Assembly (NCBI GenBank): GCA_028279595.1
Contig: JANQNK010000003.1
Span: 1-64,000 of the forward strand
Source: Thermoplasmatota archaeon
GTDB lineage: Archaea > Thermoplasmatota > JAKEGO01
DNA: 64,000 bases
Reading direction: 5' to 3'
The notes beneath the pieces are model-generated. The model saw nothing but the letters and a program-made list of their open reading frames with translations, did not search any database and was not told the origin of the DNA. The position numbers and the translations under genes are program-made. Positions 19,989-33,349 of this stretch are shown here, piece by piece (position 1 is the first letter of the stretch; each line of letters begins with the position of its first letter).

Positions 19989-20522
19989 ATGGGACCACAC
20001 AGGATGGCATCTCGGTCTACGATCATCATCGTCCTGTGTCTGCTGGTCCTTTCTTCGAATATGATCATTCCAAACACCGCGGGTGGTCCTGTGGTCATGG
20101 AACCCGAGGACCTCCGTGCAAGGGTCGTACAAGGCGGATCTACCCGAAAGACCTTCACTGTGTCCAACACGGGGAATGAGACCATCAACGGTACCGTTTT
20201 CGTCCTTAAACACAAATGCGGGAACAGTTGCCCGAACTTCATCCTGGAGCGCTGGATCTCACTGGGACCCAATCAGTCCGTCAAGTTGACTGGGAATGTC
20301 AGATCCCACCTGGAGAACGATGTGAGGACATCCAGACATCCAATGGTCTTCGAACCAGACGATGGAGGACTGGACATCATCGGAAACATCTCAATCACCG
20401 TGGAAAGGAACCTGCTCCGGAACTTCATCATCCCGGTGGCCCTACCTCTTGTCGCCGTCGCCGCGGTGGCGATCACTGCGGTCCTAGTATTCTCGAGAAG
20501 GAGATCGGACAGACAGGCTTGA
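19989..20522 (+). CDS. Hypothetical exported protein, Ig-like, with C-terminal TM anchor
   Basis: Signal-like N-terminus, FTVSNTGNE motif, C-terminal hydrophobic helix followed by RRR. Confidence 0.65.
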   Translation: MGPHRMASRSTIIIVLCLLVLSSNMIIPNTAGGPVVMEPEDLRARVVQGGSTRKTFTVSNTGNETINGTVFVLKHKCGNSCPNFILERWISLGPNQSVKLTGNVRSHLENDVRTSRHPMVFEPDDGGLDIIGNISITVERNLLRNFIIPVALPLVAVAAVAITAVLVFSRRRSDRQA

Positions 20523-20592
20523 GGCTCTACTTTCACCGGACTTCAGGCGAAATGATAATAACCAGAAGACGATAGGCGTAAACGGTGACCCG

Positions 20593-22059
20593 ATGAGAAC
20601 TCCGGAGGAGTACAAGGAGAGCCTCAGGGAGATGCGTCCCAACGTCTACAAGTTCGGCAACCTGATAGAGGACGTCACGGCGCACCCGGCGACCAGGCGG
20701 ATGATCGAGGGGCATGCGCGGATATTCCAGGCCGCCTTCGAGGAGGAGCACAGCGACACGGTCACCACGATGTCGACCCTCACGGACGAGACCATTAGCA
20801 GATACCTTTCGCTCATCACCGGTCCCGGCGACATGATCGCCAACAGCCGTCTGAAGAGGCTGATGTTCAACCTCACGGGAACCTGCACTGGCGGACGCTG
20901 CGTCGGATGGAACGCCCTGAACGCGATGTGGGCAGTGACCTACGAGATCGACGCCAAGTACGAGACCAATTACCACGCCTCCATCAGGAGATGGCTCGGC
21001 AACTCCCAGGCCAGGGACATTGCTATCGCCGGAGCACTCACGGATCCCAAGGGGAACAGGAAGCTAGGGCCGTCGGAACAGGCTGACCCGGACGCCTATC
21101 TTCGAATAGTCGACCGGACCGAGAGCGACATCATTGTCAGGGGCGCCAAGGTGATGATCGCCGGCGTGACAGCGTCCAACGAACTGTTCGTCGTTCCCGG
21201 AAGCGCCTACAAGGAGGAGGACGCCGACTACGCCGTCTCCTTCGTCATACCCCGGGACGCCGAGGGGATCACGATAATCGAGGCGAGGCATCCGAGCGAT
21301 ATGCGCGAGATGGAGGAGGGTCCGGACAATCCCGTAAAGGGAGGCGGGATCACACAGGGGTACGTCCTGTTCGACGACGTGAAGGTCCCGAGGGACCGCG
21401 TATTCATGGCCGGCGAGTGGGAGTTCACCGGAACCGCGATCCTGTCGTTCATCGGACCGTACAGGTCCGCCATCGGCGGTTGCGTCGCCGGCCAGGGCGA
21501 CCTGATGATGGGCGCGTCGACGCTCATGGCCAGGGCGAACGGGCTGGACGAGAAAGCGATCCGCGACAAGCTGACGAGCATGGCCATGAACAACGAGACG
21601 ACGTTCGGACTCGGCATAGCCGCGGGAGTGCTCGGACGCCAGCATCCATCGGGCGTATGGCAGCCGGACAAGCTCATGGCGAACGTGAACAAGGTCTACG
21701 TCGCGACCCTGCCGTACGAGACGAAGCGCCTCGCACAGGAGGTCGCCGGCGGGATCGGCGAGACCGGATGCATGCCATCGTGGACGGACCTGCAGGACCC
21801 TGAGTACGGTCCTCTGCTCCGGAAGTACCTCACTGCCGAGGTCCCCGGCGAGGAGCGCTACGTGCTCGCCCGCCTCATCGAATGGCTGACCGTAGGCGGA
21901 GGCATCCCCGGCACCATGCACGGAGGCGGCTCTCCGGACGGTGCGAAGATGCTGATATCGAGGATGGTCGACCTCGAACACGACATCGACCTTGTGAAGG
22001 ACCTCCTCGAGATGCGCGAGGAGCCGGAGGAGGAAGAGGGGGAGGAGACCGAGGAATAG
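20593..22059 (+). CDS. 4-hydroxybutyryl-CoA dehydratase / 4-hydroxyphenylacetate 3-hydroxylase family flavoprotein (divergent)
   Basis: MRTPEEYKESLR, GTCTGGRCVG, GALTDPKGNR, VRGAK, VLFDDVKVP, MHGGGSP. Confidence 0.85.
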   Translation: MRTPEEYKESLREMRPNVYKFGNLIEDVTAHPATRRMIEGHARIFQAAFEEEHSDTVTTMSTLTDETISRYLSLITGPGDMIANSRLKRLMFNLTGTCTGGRCVGWNALNAMWAVTYEIDAKYETNYHASIRRWLGNSQARDIAIAGALTDPKGNRKLGPSEQADPDAYLRIVDRTESDIIVRGAKVMIAGVTASNELFVVPGSAYKEEDADYAVSFVIPRDAEGITIIEARHPSDMREMEEGPDNPVKGGGITQGYVLFDDVKVPRDRVFMAGEWEFTGTAILSFIGPYRSAIGGCVAGQGDLMMGASTLMARANGLDEKAIRDKLTSMAMNNETTFGLGIAAGVLGRQHPSGVWQPDKLMANVNKVYVATLPYETKRLAQEVAGGIGETGCMPSWTDLQDPEYGPLLRKYLTAEVPGEERYVLARLIEWLTVGGGIPGTMHGGGSPDGAKMLISRMVDLEHDIDLVKDLLEMREEPEEEEGEETEE

Positions 22060-22179
22060 ACCCGCGGTCGTTCGTTAGGACCGCTTTCCGCCCGCCCGGT
22101 GGAGGTACATGGCCCGGGAAAATTGCGCCCGTTCGCACGTTCGAGACACGAACGAAATCGCCTTCGGGATCGCGATACT

Positions 22180-22198
22180 CCGCCCCGTAGGGGCGGGA
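22180..22198. repeat. Perfect hairpin CCGCCCC-GTA-GGGGCGG upstream of the rpo promoter
   Basis: Read directly from the sequence. Confidence 0.55.
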
Positions 22199-22234
22199 TA
22201 GCAAAAAGTTCTTATAGTAGAAATTACCCGAATT

Positions 22235-22250
22235 CAAAACCTTTAAATAT
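22235..22250 (+). promoter_or_regulatory. BRE/TATA promoter of the RNA polymerase operon
   Basis: CAAAACCTTTAAATAT about 145 nt upstream of rpoH. Confidence 0.65.
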
Positions 22251-22394
22251 AAGTTGCTTATAGTCCAGAAGGCGTTCGTGAGGCTCATCTGGATGTATTG
22301 TTACGGCGATGGGGAGCACCCGGTAGGTTCCGAGCGGGATTCCGCATGTGATATCAACGGTTGCAGCGCCGAATAGTTCCAGGGGGGAGTAGAT

Positions 22395-22658
22395 ATGGCA
22401 AGGAAGGGTAGCAAATCGAAGGTAGACCTCGATGTCAGTGATCATCATCTCGTACCCGTGCACGAGATACTCCCCAGCAAGGAGGGGCTGAAGGCAGTAA
22501 AGGAAGCAGGGTTCACCCCTGCCAACCTTCCGAAGATATTCTCGGACGATCCGGCCATCAAGCGTCAAGGCCCCGAGGCCGGGGACATAGTCAAGATCAT
22601 CAGGTCCAGCCCTACGGCTGGCAAGCTTGTCATCTACAGGCTAGTTGTGGAGAGGTGA
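22395..22658 (+). CDS. rpoH: DNA-directed RNA polymerase subunit H (Rpo5)
   Basis: [37 protein letters not shown]. Confidence 0.97.
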   Translation: MARKGSKSKVDLDVSDHHLVPVHEILPSKEGLKAVKEAGFTPANLPKIFSDDPAIKRQGPEAGDIVKIIRSSPTAGKLVIYRLVVER

Positions 22659-22662
22659 ACGT

Positions 22663-25600
22663 ATGAGGGAATTGGTAGAGGCCTTCTTCAAGGACAGGAG
22701 CATCGTCAACCATCACATAGCGTCGTTCAACGCGTTCCTGCCGACGATGGACAATCAGAACAGCTGGATGCAGCGCATCGTCGACGGCGTGAGGATGGGA
22801 CAGGAGGGAGAGCGCGGACTCATCCGGCTCGAGATCCCCGACGAGGAGCTCATTATCAAGCTCGGCAAGATCACTGTGGGCAAGCCGGAGGTCAAGGAGG
22901 CCGACGGTTCCACCCATGAATTGACCCCCATGGAGGCCACCCTGAGGAACCTCACCTACAAGGCCCCCATCCATCTGAAGGTCACCGTGATCCACAACGG
23001 CATCGAGCGCGAACCCGAGTCGATATGGATCGGCGACCTCGCCATCATGTGCAAGTCCAAGAAGTGCAACCTCCACCAGGACAACCTGAAGGACTCCCGC
23101 GTGATAACGCCGGAGGACTACAAGCGAAAGCTTTCCGAGAACCTCGCCGACCCCCTGGACCCCGGCGGCTACTTCATAATCAACGGTTCAGAGCGCGTAC
23201 TGATATCCATCGAGGACCTGGCCCCCAACAGGATCCTCGTCGAGTACACCGAACGCTACGACCAGCTCTCCCCGGTCGCCAGCATCTTCTCGCAGAAGGA
23301 GGGCTACAGGGCCCTCACGACCCTCGAGAAGAAGAAGGACGGCATCCTCGTCGTCTCCATCCCGGTCGCTGGCGGGCAGGTCCCGCTCATCGTCCTGATG
23401 AAGGCGCTGGGAATGGAGCAGGACTCCGACATCTTCAACGCGATAGTATCGACGTCGGAGATGGAGAACATCGTCAACGCGAACCTCGAGGAGTCGCTGA
23501 ACGACACGACCTATCCGCCCGCAGGGATAATAACGACCGAGGACGCGCTGAACTTCCTCGAGAAGAAGTTCGCCACCGGTCAGGCGAAGATCTACAGGGA
23601 GAAGAAGGTCGCGTCGATCCTCGACAAGTCGCTCCTTCCCCATCTCGGCGACGAGCCGGAGGACAGGATCAAGAAGGCAGTGTTCATCGGCCGTGTCGCG
23701 CGGACGGTCCTCGAGCTAGCCCTCGGACAGAGGAAGCCGGACGACAAGGACCACTACGCGAACAAGCGCCTAAGGCTGGCCGGAGACCTGATCGAGTCCC
23801 TATTCAGGGTCGCATTCACTAATCTCCTGAAGGACCTCAAGTACCAGCTCGAGCGCCAGTACATGAAGAAGCGCGACGTCAACAAGCTCAACATCCAGTC
23901 GGCCATCAGGCCCGACGTCCTCACGCAGAGGCTCCTCCACGCCCTCGCCACCGGCGAGTGGGTCGGCGGACGCTCCGGAGTGTCGCAGCTGCTCGACAGG
24001 ACCTGCAACATGGCCACGCTCAGCCACATGAGGCGTGTCACATCCCCGTTGACGAGGTCCCAGCCACACTTCGAGGCCCGTGACCTTCACTCGACCCAGT
24101 GGGGCCGTCTCTGTCCGAACGAGACACCCGAGGGTCAGAACTGCGGCCTGGTGAAGAACTTCGCCCTGGTCGTCGACATCTCGGAGGGTGTTGACGAGGA
24201 GGGCATCCAGAAGTTCCTCATGTCCAGCGGTGTGGAGTCCGTCGAGGGCCAGCGCTTCTCGGGGACCCGGGTGTTCCTGAACGGCGACCTCGTGGGGATC
24301 ATCGACGACGCCGTTGCGCTCGTCGACCGCATCCGCAGCCTCAGGCGCCAGGGCCGGATATCCGACCAGGTGAACGTGAGGCATGACACCTACATGAAGG
24401 AGATCATAATCAACTGCGACGAGGGACGCCTGAGGAGGCCGCTGGTCGTCCTCAAGGACGGCAAGACCCTCATCACCGACGCGAACCGCCAGATGCTCCG
24501 CGAGGCGAAACTCAACTGGAACGACCTCATCCGCAACGGCATGGTCGAGTGGATCGACGCCGAGGAGGAGGAGGACCTGTTCATCGCTCTCAAACCGAAG
24601 GACGCGACCGCCGAGCACAGCCATGTCGAGATCGACCCCATGGTCATCCTCGGCGTCTGCACGGGGCTCATCCCTTACCCGGAGCACAATTCCGCCCCGA
24701 GGAACACCATGGGCGCCGGAATGGCGAAGCAGTCCCTCGGACTGCCCGCCTCGAACTACCGGATCCGTCCGACAACGAGGGAGCACCTCCTGCACTACCC
24801 GCAGGCACCGATCGTCGCCACCGAGACAGTCAAGTTCGTGAACTACGACCGCAGGCCGGCTGGACAGAACTTCGTCGTGGCCGTCATGTCCTGGGAGGGC
24901 TACAACATGGAGGACGCCCTCATCATGAACCGCGGTTCCATCGACCGAGCCCTTGGGAGGTCCAGCTTCATCAGGACCTACCAGTCCGAGGAGAGGCGCT
25001 ACCCGGGCGGCCAGGAGGACCACTTCCAGATACCCTCGCCGGACGTCATCGGCGCCAGGCCGGACGACGCGTACGCACACCTCGACGAGGACGGGATCAT
25101 CAATCCCGAACTCTACGTCAAGGGCGGCGACGTGCTGGTCGGCAAGACCTCGCCCCCGCGTTTCCTCGAGGAGTCCCCCGACTTCCTCGTGCCCCAGAAG
25201 CGGAGGGAGTCCAGCGAGACCATGAGGCCGAACGAGAAGGGCTTCGTCGACTCCATCGTCATGACCGAGTCCGAGAACGGCTCCTGCCTCGTGAAGGTCC
25301 GCGTCAGGGACCAGAGGACCCCCGAGCTCGGGGACAAGTTCGCGTCCCGGCACGGACAGAAGGGCGTCATCGGACGTATCCTGCCACCGCAGGACGTTCC
25401 GTTCACATGTGACGGTGTCACCCCAGACCTCATCGCAAACCCCCACGCTATCCCGTCCCGTATGACCGTCGCCCACGTTCTGGAGATGATCGGGGGCAAG
25501 ATGGCATCCATGGAGGGCCGCTTCATCGACGGAACCGCGTTCAGCGGGGAGGTCGAGGAGGACCTGAGGGGCGCGCTCAAGCGTGTCGGATTCAAGCCGA

Positions 25601-26070
25601 ACGGCAAGGAGGTCCTTTACGACCCGATCACCGGGCGCAGGATAAGGGCCGAGATATTCGTCGGCGTCATCTACTATCAGAAGCTGCACCACATGGTCAG
25701 CGGAAAGCTGCACGTGAGGTCCCGCGGACCTGTCCAGATCCTGACCAGGCAGCCGACCGAGGGGCGCGCCCGCCAGGGCGGTCTCAGGTTCGGTGAGATG
25801 GAGCGCGACTGCCTCATCGGGCACGGAGCGTCCATGGTCATCAAGGACAGGCTCCTCGACCAGTCCGACGGGGTCGTGCTTTACATCTGCGGCAACCCGA
25901 AGTGCGGTCACATCGGCATGATCGACAAGCGTGGTATGCTCCGCTGTCCGGTCTGCGGAAACACCACCAACGTCAACCCTGTGGAGACGAGCTACGCATT
26001 CAAGCTGCTCACTGACGAGTTGAAGTCGCTGGGCATCATGCCCAGGTTCCAGCTGGAGGAGTTCCAATGA
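22663..26070 (+). CDS. rpoB: DNA-directed RNA polymerase subunit B (Rpo2, unsplit)
   Basis: [53 protein letters not shown] 22663 follows a GAGGTGA SD. Confidence 0.98.
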   Translation: MRELVEAFFKDRSIVNHHIASFNAFLPTMDNQNSWMQRIVDGVRMGQEGERGLIRLEIPDEELIIKLGKITVGKPEVKEADGSTHELTPMEATLRNLTYKAPIHLKVTVIHNGIEREPESIWIGDLAIMCKSKKCNLHQDNLKDSRVITPEDYKRKLSENLADPLDPGGYFIINGSERVLISIEDLAPNRILVEYTERYDQLSPVASIFSQKEGYRALTTLEKKKDGILVVSIPVAGGQVPLIVLMKALGMEQDSDIFNAIVSTSEMENIVNANLEESLNDTTYPPAGIITTEDALNFLEKKFATGQAKIYREKKVASILDKSLLPHLGDEPEDRIKKAVFIGRVARTVLELALGQRKPDDKDHYANKRLRLAGDLIESLFRVAFTNLLKDLKYQLERQYMKKRDVNKLNIQSAIRPDVLTQRLLHALATGEWVGGRSGVSQLLDRTCNMATLSHMRRVTSPLTRSQPHFEARDLHSTQWGRLCPNETPEGQNCGLVKNFALVVDISEGVDEEGIQKFLMSSGVESVEGQRFSGTRVFLNGDLVGIIDDAVALVDRIRSLRRQGRISDQVNVRHDTYMKEIIINCDEGRLRRPLVVLKDGKTLITDANRQMLREAKLNWNDLIRNGMVEWIDAEEEEDLFIALKPKDATAEHSHVEIDPMVILGVCTGLIPYPEHNSAPRNTMGAGMAKQSLGLPASNYRIRPTTREHLLHYPQAPIVATETVKFVNYDRRPAGQNFVVAVMSWEGYNMEDALIMNRGSIDRALGRSSFIRTYQSEERRYPGGQEDHFQIPSPDVIGARPDDAYAHLDEDGIINPELYVKGGDVLVGKTSPPRFLEESPDFLVPQKRRESSETMRPNEKGFVDSIVMTESENGSCLVKVRVRDQRTPELGDKFASRHGQKGVIGRILPPQDVPFTCDGVTPDLIANPHAIPSRMTVAHVLEMIGGKMASMEGRFIDGTAFSGEVEEDLRGALKRVGFKPNGKEVLYDPITGRRIRAEIFVGVIYYQKLHHMVSGKLHVRSRGPVQILTRQPTEGRARQGGLRFGEMERDCLIGHGASMVIKDRLLDQSDGVVLYICGNPKCGHIGMIDKRGMLRCPVCGNTTNVNPVETSYAFKLLTDELKSLGIMPRFQLEEFQ

Positions 26071-28727
26071 GGGTCATAGGCATTCCCCGGAAGATAGCCG
26101 GGATAAGGTTCACCCTGCTCTCGCCCGACGAGATCAGGAAGATGTCCGCCGTGAAGATCATCACTCCGGACACCTACGACGAGGACGGTTTCCCCTACGA
26201 GAAGGGCCTCATGGACCTTCACCTCGGGGTCATCGAGCCAGGTCTGCGCTGTCAGACCTGCGGCAAGAAGGTCGACGAGTGCCCTGGCCACTTCGGCCAC
26301 ATCGACCTCGCCATGCCGGTCATCCATGTCGGCTACGTCAGCATGATCAAGGACTCTCTCCGGACGACGTGTCAGGAGTGCGGCCGCTTCCTCCTCTCCG
26401 AGAACAGGAAGGAGGAGTACATGCAGGCGCTGACCGATTACAGGGAGAGCGGTCGGAAGAGCGTTGGCATCGGCCGGATACATTCCGCCATCGTCGGCGA
26501 GGCCTCGAAGAACACCGTCTGCCCCAACTGCGGGACGAAGCAGGAGAAGGTCATGCTCGACAAGCCCACCACGTTCAGGATGGGCTCGACGAAGCTCACC
26601 CCCCGCGAGGTGCGCGAGTGGCTCGAGCGGATCCCCGACGAGGACCTTTCACTGCTGAACATCTCCCCGACCGCGGCAAGGCCCGAATGGTCGGTCCTCA
26701 CCGTACTGCCTGTGCCGTCGGTGTCCGTAAGGCCGTCCATCACGCTCGAGTCCGGTGACAGGTCGGAGGACGACCTCACCCACAAGCTCGTGGACGTCAT
26801 CAAGATCAATCAGAGGCTCCAGGAGAACAGGGACACCGGTGCGCCCCAGCTCATCGTCGAGGACCTGTGGCAGCTGCTCCAGTACCACGTCACGACCTAC
26901 TTCGACAACCAGACTGCCGGGATACCACCCGCCAGGCACAGGTCGGGCAGGCCGCTCAAGACCCTCTCCCAGAGGCTCAAGGGCAAGGAGGGAAGGTTCA
27001 GGTCGAATCTATCCGGTAAGCGCGTCAACTTCTCGTCCCGTACCGTCATCTCCCCGGACCCGTACATCTCGATCAACGAGGTAGGGATACCCTGGGAGGT
27101 CGCACGTGAGCTCACCGTACCCATCCGCGTCACCAACCACAACCTCGAGGTCCTGAGGCAGATGGTGCTCGACGGACCAGTGCCCGAGGCACCCGGCTAC
27201 AAGGCCGGCGTCAACTACGTCATCAGGTCCGACGGCCGCAGGGTCAGGGTCACGGACAAGAACGCCGACACGGTCGCCGAGGCGCTGTCGCTCGGTTCGA
27301 TAGTCGAGAGGCAGCTCCAGGACGGCGACGTCGTCCTCTTCAACAGGCAGCCCTCGCTTCACAGGATGTCCATGATGGCCCACAATGTCAAGGTCATGCC
27401 CTACCACACTTTCAGGCTCAACCTCCCCGACTGCCCGCCCTACAACGCGGACTTCGACGGGGACGAGATGAACCTCCATGTGGTGCAGGGAGAGGAGGCC
27501 CGGGCCGAGGCAATGATTCTCATGCGTGTCCAGGAGAACGTCCTCTCGCCGAGGTTCGGGGGTTCCGTCATCGGGGCCATCCACGACCACATCTCGGGAG
27601 GCTTCCTACTGACCCACAGGGACCAGCGCTTCACCAAGAGCGAGGTCATCTACCTGCTCACTCCGATCGACTACGACCGCGAGTGGCTTCCTCCCAACGT
27701 CGATGACGACGGCAACGAGTACTGGACCGGCAAGCAGGTGCTCAGCATGGTCCTTCCGGACGGCCTGAACCTGCGGTTCAGGTCCTCGATCTGCGAGAAC
27801 TGCGACACATGCAAGGAGGAGGAGTGCGAGTACGACGCCTTCGTGACCATCGAGAAGGGAGTGGTCCTCACCGGGACCGTGGACGAGAGGTCCATCGGCG
27901 CCTTCAAGGGAAACATCCTCGACAGGATCGCAAGGAAGTACGGTCCGGACCGGGTCAGGCACTTCCTCGACAACGTGACGAGGCTCTCCATCCGTGCTAT
28001 CATGCTCAAGGGCTTCACCACCGGTATCGACGATGAGGACATACCGGAGGAGGCGAAGGTCCAGATCGCAGACACGCTGGACGAGGCTACATCCGACGTC
28101 GAGCGCCTGGTCAAGGCCTACGAGGCGGACGAGCTCCAGCCCCTTCCGGGACGATCGATCGACGAGACCCTGGAGGTCGAGGCCATGCGCATCCTTGGTA
28201 AGTCCCGTGACGCTGCGGGACGCATAGCAGGACGACATCTCGGTCTCGACAACTCGGCCGTCATCATGGCCCGCTGCGGTGCGAGGGGGTCCATGCTCAA
28301 CCTCAGCCAGATGGCCGCCTCCCTCGGTCAGCAGGCCGTAAGGGGCGAGCGGATCCAGCGCGGTTACAAGGGACGGACGATATCCCACTTCCAGTGGAAC
28401 GACCTCGGAGCAGGCGCGAAGGGATTCGTCGAGTCCTCTTACAAGAAGGGACTGACCCCGACCGAGTACTTCTTCCACAGCATGGGCGGGCGTGAGGGTC
28501 TGGTCGACACGGCCGTCAGGACATCGAGGTCCGGTTACATGCAGAGGCGTCTCATCAACGCTCTCGAGGACCTCAAGGTCGACCATGACAGGAGCGTCAT
28601 CAACACCGCCGGAGTCGTCATCCAGAGCAAGTACGGCGAGGACGGGACCGACCCGTCCAGGTCCATGGGAGGCGAGGCGGTGAACATCGATCTCGCGATC
28701 GACACCGCGCTGGGAGGGGGTGACTGA
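26067..28727 (+). CDS. rpoA1: DNA-directed RNA polymerase subunit A' (Rpo1N)
   Basis: [39 protein letters not shown]. Confidence 0.99.
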   Translation: MRVIGIPRKIAGIRFTLLSPDEIRKMSAVKIITPDTYDEDGFPYEKGLMDLHLGVIEPGLRCQTCGKKVDECPGHFGHIDLAMPVIHVGYVSMIKDSLRTTCQECGRFLLSENRKEEYMQALTDYRESGRKSVGIGRIHSAIVGEASKNTVCPNCGTKQEKVMLDKPTTFRMGSTKLTPREVREWLERIPDEDLSLLNISPTAARPEWSVLTVLPVPSVSVRPSITLESGDRSEDDLTHKLVDVIKINQRLQENRDTGAPQLIVEDLWQLLQYHVTTYFDNQTAGIPPARHRSGRPLKTLSQRLKGKEGRFRSNLSGKRVNFSSRTVISPDPYISINEVGIPWEVARELTVPIRVTNHNLEVLRQMVLDGPVPEAPGYKAGVNYVIRSDGRRVRVTDKNADTVAEALSLGSIVERQLQDGDVVLFNRQPSLHRMSMMAHNVKVMPYHTFRLNLPDCPPYNADFDGDEMNLHVVQGEEARAEAMILMRVQENVLSPRFGGSVIGAIHDHISGGFLLTHRDQRFTKSEVIYLLTPIDYDREWLPPNVDDDGNEYWTGKQVLSMVLPDGLNLRFRSSICENCDTCKEEECEYDAFVTIEKGVVLTGTVDERSIGAFKGNILDRIARKYGPDRVRHFLDNVTRLSIRAIMLKGFTTGIDDEDIPEEAKVQIADTLDEATSDVERLVKAYEADELQPLPGRSIDETLEVEAMRILGKSRDAAGRIAGRHLGLDNSAVIMARCGARGSMLNLSQMAASLGQQAVRGERIQRGYKGRTISHFQWNDLGAGAKGFVESSYKKGLTPTEYFFHSMGGREGLVDTAVRTSRSGYMQRRLINALEDLKVDHDRSVINTAGVVIQSKYGEDGTDPSRSMGGEAVNIDLAIDTALGGGD

Positions 28728-30460
<1,733 letters not shown>

Positions 30461-30877
30461 ATGAAGCTGGACGGCGACGACCTCCGAGCGATGGCCCTTT
30501 TCGAGAGCATCACCGGAGCCAGGGTGATCGACTTCATGCCCACCGAGGAGTCCTTCCATTTCCTCATAGACGCCGACGGAGCCGGTAAAGCCATCGGCAA
30601 GGGCGCCGAGAACCTGAAACGCTTCAGGGAACTGACCGGCAGGAGGGTGAACGTCTACGTCCACTACAAGGACGAGAGGAAGTTCGTCAAGGCACTCTTC
30701 CGGCGGTTCGAGGTCGAGAGCATCGAGTTCACCGAGGACGAGAACGGCCGCGTTGCCGTCGTGAAGGTCGCGCCGAAGGACAAGGCACGTGCGATCGGTC
30801 GCAAGGGCCGGAACATCTCCATCATCGCCGAGATGGCCAAGAAGCACTCCGAGCTCGACAGCGTCCGGATAGCCTGA
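30461..30877 (+). CDS. nusA: Archaeal NusA (two KH domains)
   Basis: FESITGA, AIGKGAENLK, AIGRKGRNI. Usual operon position. Confidence 0.93.
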   Translation: MKLDGDDLRAMALFESITGARVIDFMPTEESFHFLIDADGAGKAIGKGAENLKRFRELTGRRVNVYVHYKDERKFVKALFRRFEVESIEFTEDENGRVAVVKVAPKDKARAIGRKGRNISIIAEMAKKHSELDSVRIA

Positions 30878-30928
30878 TCGCACCCCACATCTACGATTTT
30901 CGGCTCAATTATTTACTGTAATACGGTG

Positions 30929-30970
30929 GAGGCGCGCGACGACGACCCCGTCGGGTCGTCCATGCGCCTC
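30929..30970. repeat. GC-rich inverted repeat after the rpo operon (possible terminator or dispersed palindrome)
   Basis: GAGGCGCG..GACGACCC-cgtc-GGGTCGTC..TGCGCCTC. Confidence 0.55.
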
Positions 30971-31047
30971 GCTTGCACTGGCTCAAGCTTCTGGCTGTAA
31001 GCCAAAACTTTTATACGGTCCTCCGGTTAGGACTCAAAGTGGTAGCC

Positions 31048-33033
31048 ATGGCCAGGCGACGCAAGATAACCAGTGACGGCAGCGGTGTATCGAAGAAGGC
31101 CAAATCGGAGCCGAAGGCACCGAAGGGAAAACCTAGGACACCTGTAAGGAACATCCCGTGGGGCGCAATAGCCTTCGCGGTCATCATAGCACTCGTGGTC
31201 GCCCTCTTCGTCGCGATGCGTCCCGTCGACGACAGCGACGATGATGACGAGCCAATTGTCCCGACCGAGCTCGTCCGTTCATACGAGGCTTCCATTTCCA
31301 CGGATTCCGTGTTCCTCCTGACTGACAGGAACGATACGATCCAGATCGTCGTGAACAACACTGGTGAACTGGATGACGATTACAACATCACGGTCGACCA
31401 TTCGGACCAACTGGACATTCACGTATCGGACAGCCTCTCCCTCGACCCCGGAGAGAACGAGACATTGAACCTCACCGTCGAATCCATCGGCACCTTCGGC
31501 CTGTACGAGGTCTACATCAACGTTACCGTGGTCATTCCGGTCGATGAGGCGAACACTACGGCGGAGAACACCGTCATCGTCAACCGGACCACGCAGGTCC
31601 AGCTCGAGTTCTCCGTATACGTCTCCCAGTTCAACCTGGACATCCGCGTCCTCGACGACGCGGAGACCGCGGCCCCGGGCGAGTCGGTCATCTTCGTCAT
31701 CGAGATCGAGAACAACGGCACCCTCGACACTAACGTCGACCTCACCATATCGAAGCTGAACGTGGACAACGGCGGAAAGGAAAAATGGACCGGAGCCGCC
31801 CAGCTCGATGCGCATCAGCTGGCGATGTTCGAGAACGACATCACCCATGTGCGCATGAACGTCACCGTTCCACAGAATGCGAACCCGGACGGCGAGGTTG
31901 CCCATTTCACGATAACCGCGGAATCGGTGGATGCCATTGCAGCCGGAGTTCCTCTTGCTGTATCGACCCAGGTGCATCTGACGATATCCAACATCGGATT
32001 CTACGCAACCCCCGACTCCTACGAGAAGGAGGTCCAGGAGGAGCACTGGGTGGAGTTCGATTGCGAGATACGCAACTCGGGGGGAACTGACGTCTACGTC
32101 AAGTACCGGGTGTCCGAGATACCTGCGGATTGGATGCGTGACCTAGATCCCTACCCTGAGGACGGCTGGTTCCTCGGTGACACTCCAGTCACATTCTCCA
32201 TCGCTATGAGGCCCGAGAACGTCGATATCGGTGATTTCCACCGCTTCATCGTCGAGATCTACTCCGACGACCACAACGAGACGAGCTTCTTCTCCGTCAA
32301 CGTTACCATAGCCGAACCGAGGTTCGATCTGGTCGCGCAGAGCCAATATGTCCCGATAGACCTCGAACCGTTCGAGCGAGGGATCGCGTACGAGCACGAG
32401 ATAATCATATCCAACCTCGGCCTCCTCGAGTACCAGGTGAACCTGACCCTGGAGCATCCCCCCACGTGGGACATGGACATCGATCCGGGTTGGATCTGGC
32501 TCGAGCAGTATTCAGGCACAGAGTGGGAGACAGCCACCCTCCGTTTCCTGATGCCGACCAACACCTCGGCCGGTGAGCATCCGTTCCTGGTAGTCGGCGA
32601 GGCATGGGGCATCGAGGTGGAGCTGAACCTCATCGCCGTAGTGGAGGAGTACCTGAACGGGACCCTCCATCTTCCGGCTGTAGTGCCTGAGCTCAACCTC
32701 TCCCAACCGCCGATCAACGGTTCCTCCCAGGAGTCCCTCGAATTCGTCATTACCAACACCGGGAATTCGGCGGCAACCTTCGAGATCGTCATCGAGAACT
32801 ACCAGGACCTTGACCTTCCAGGATGGAAGATCAATCTCACATCGGGACAGCACGAGGGCGACGAACGCATCGTCATAACGATCAATCCCGGGAAGAACAA
32901 ATCGGTATTCCTGAATGCCAAGGTCAATGATGAGCACGAGGAGGAGGTACTGCACCCGAGCCTATCATTCCTGGTGCACCGGGACCCCATATGGCAGATC
33001 GACCGTATGGACGCGATCGTTCAGATCCAGTAG
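31048..33033 (+). CDS. Membrane-anchored protein with tandem Ig-like (NEW3/CARDB-like) repeats
   Basis: Basic N-terminus, one TM helix, repeated (I/V)xN.G motifs. Start placed at ATG 31048, downstream of AAAACTTTTATA. Confidence 0.75.
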   Translation: MARRRKITSDGSGVSKKAKSEPKAPKGKPRTPVRNIPWGAIAFAVIIALVVALFVAMRPVDDSDDDDEPIVPTELVRSYEASISTDSVFLLTDRNDTIQIVVNNTGELDDDYNITVDHSDQLDIHVSDSLSLDPGENETLNLTVESIGTFGLYEVYINVTVVIPVDEANTTAENTVIVNRTTQVQLEFSVYVSQFNLDIRVLDDAETAAPGESVIFVIEIENNGTLDTNVDLTISKLNVDNGGKEKWTGAAQLDAHQLAMFENDITHVRMNVTVPQNANPDGEVAHFTITAESVDAIAAGVPLAVSTQVHLTISNIGFYATPDSYEKEVQEEHWVEFDCEIRNSGGTDVYVKYRVSEIPADWMRDLDPYPEDGWFLGDTPVTFSIAMRPENVDIGDFHRFIVEIYSDDHNETSFFSVNVTIAEPRFDLVAQSQYVPIDLEPFERGIAYEHEIIISNLGLLEYQVNLTLEHPPTWDMDIDPGWIWLEQYSGTEWETATLRFLMPTNTSAGEHPFLVVGEAWGIEVELNLIAVVEEYLNGTLHLPAVVPELNLSQPPINGSSQESLEFVITNTGNSAATFEIVIENYQDLDLPGWKINLTSGQHEGDERIVITINPGKNKSVFLNAKVNDEHEEEVLHPSLSFLVHRDPIWQIDRMDAIVQIQ

Positions 33034-33053
33034 GACTGTTCAACCTGGCGACA

Positions 33054-33349
33054 CTCCCGACGGGACCGGGTGCTTAGGACCTCATTGATAGGTAATTCTA
33101 ACACCCGGGCCAGTCGGGAGCACGGTAGCTAGAAGGAATGAAGAGGAGTGCTCCCGACGGGATTCCGGTGGACACACCGTGCCCACCTCTCCCTTAACTC
33201 TATCCAATCAGTTGAATAACGTTCAGGGATCGAACTTCGTTCGAATCCCGTATGGCCCCGACGGGACCGGTGTATTAAGAACCCAAAGATCTGTCAGATT
33301 AATCACCGGGCCAGTCGGGAGCACATTAGCTAGAGGATAATGAAAGGAG
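33054..33349 (-). repeat. Two tandem tRNA-Glu-derived hairpin elements (period 201 bp)
   Basis: AGGAGTGCTCCCGACGGGATTC at 33144-33165 and 33345-33366. CACC(C)GGGCCAGTCGGGAGCAC at 33102-33123 and 33304-33324. CCCGACGGGACCGG at 33056 and 33257. Confidence 0.85.

Noticed and set aside
23800-26067. 755-aa antisense ORF, and similar long antisense ORFs over pdxS, the C25 gene, rpoA and tldD
   Set aside because: Shadow ORFs caused by high GC at third codon positions opposite conserved genes. No recognisable motifs.
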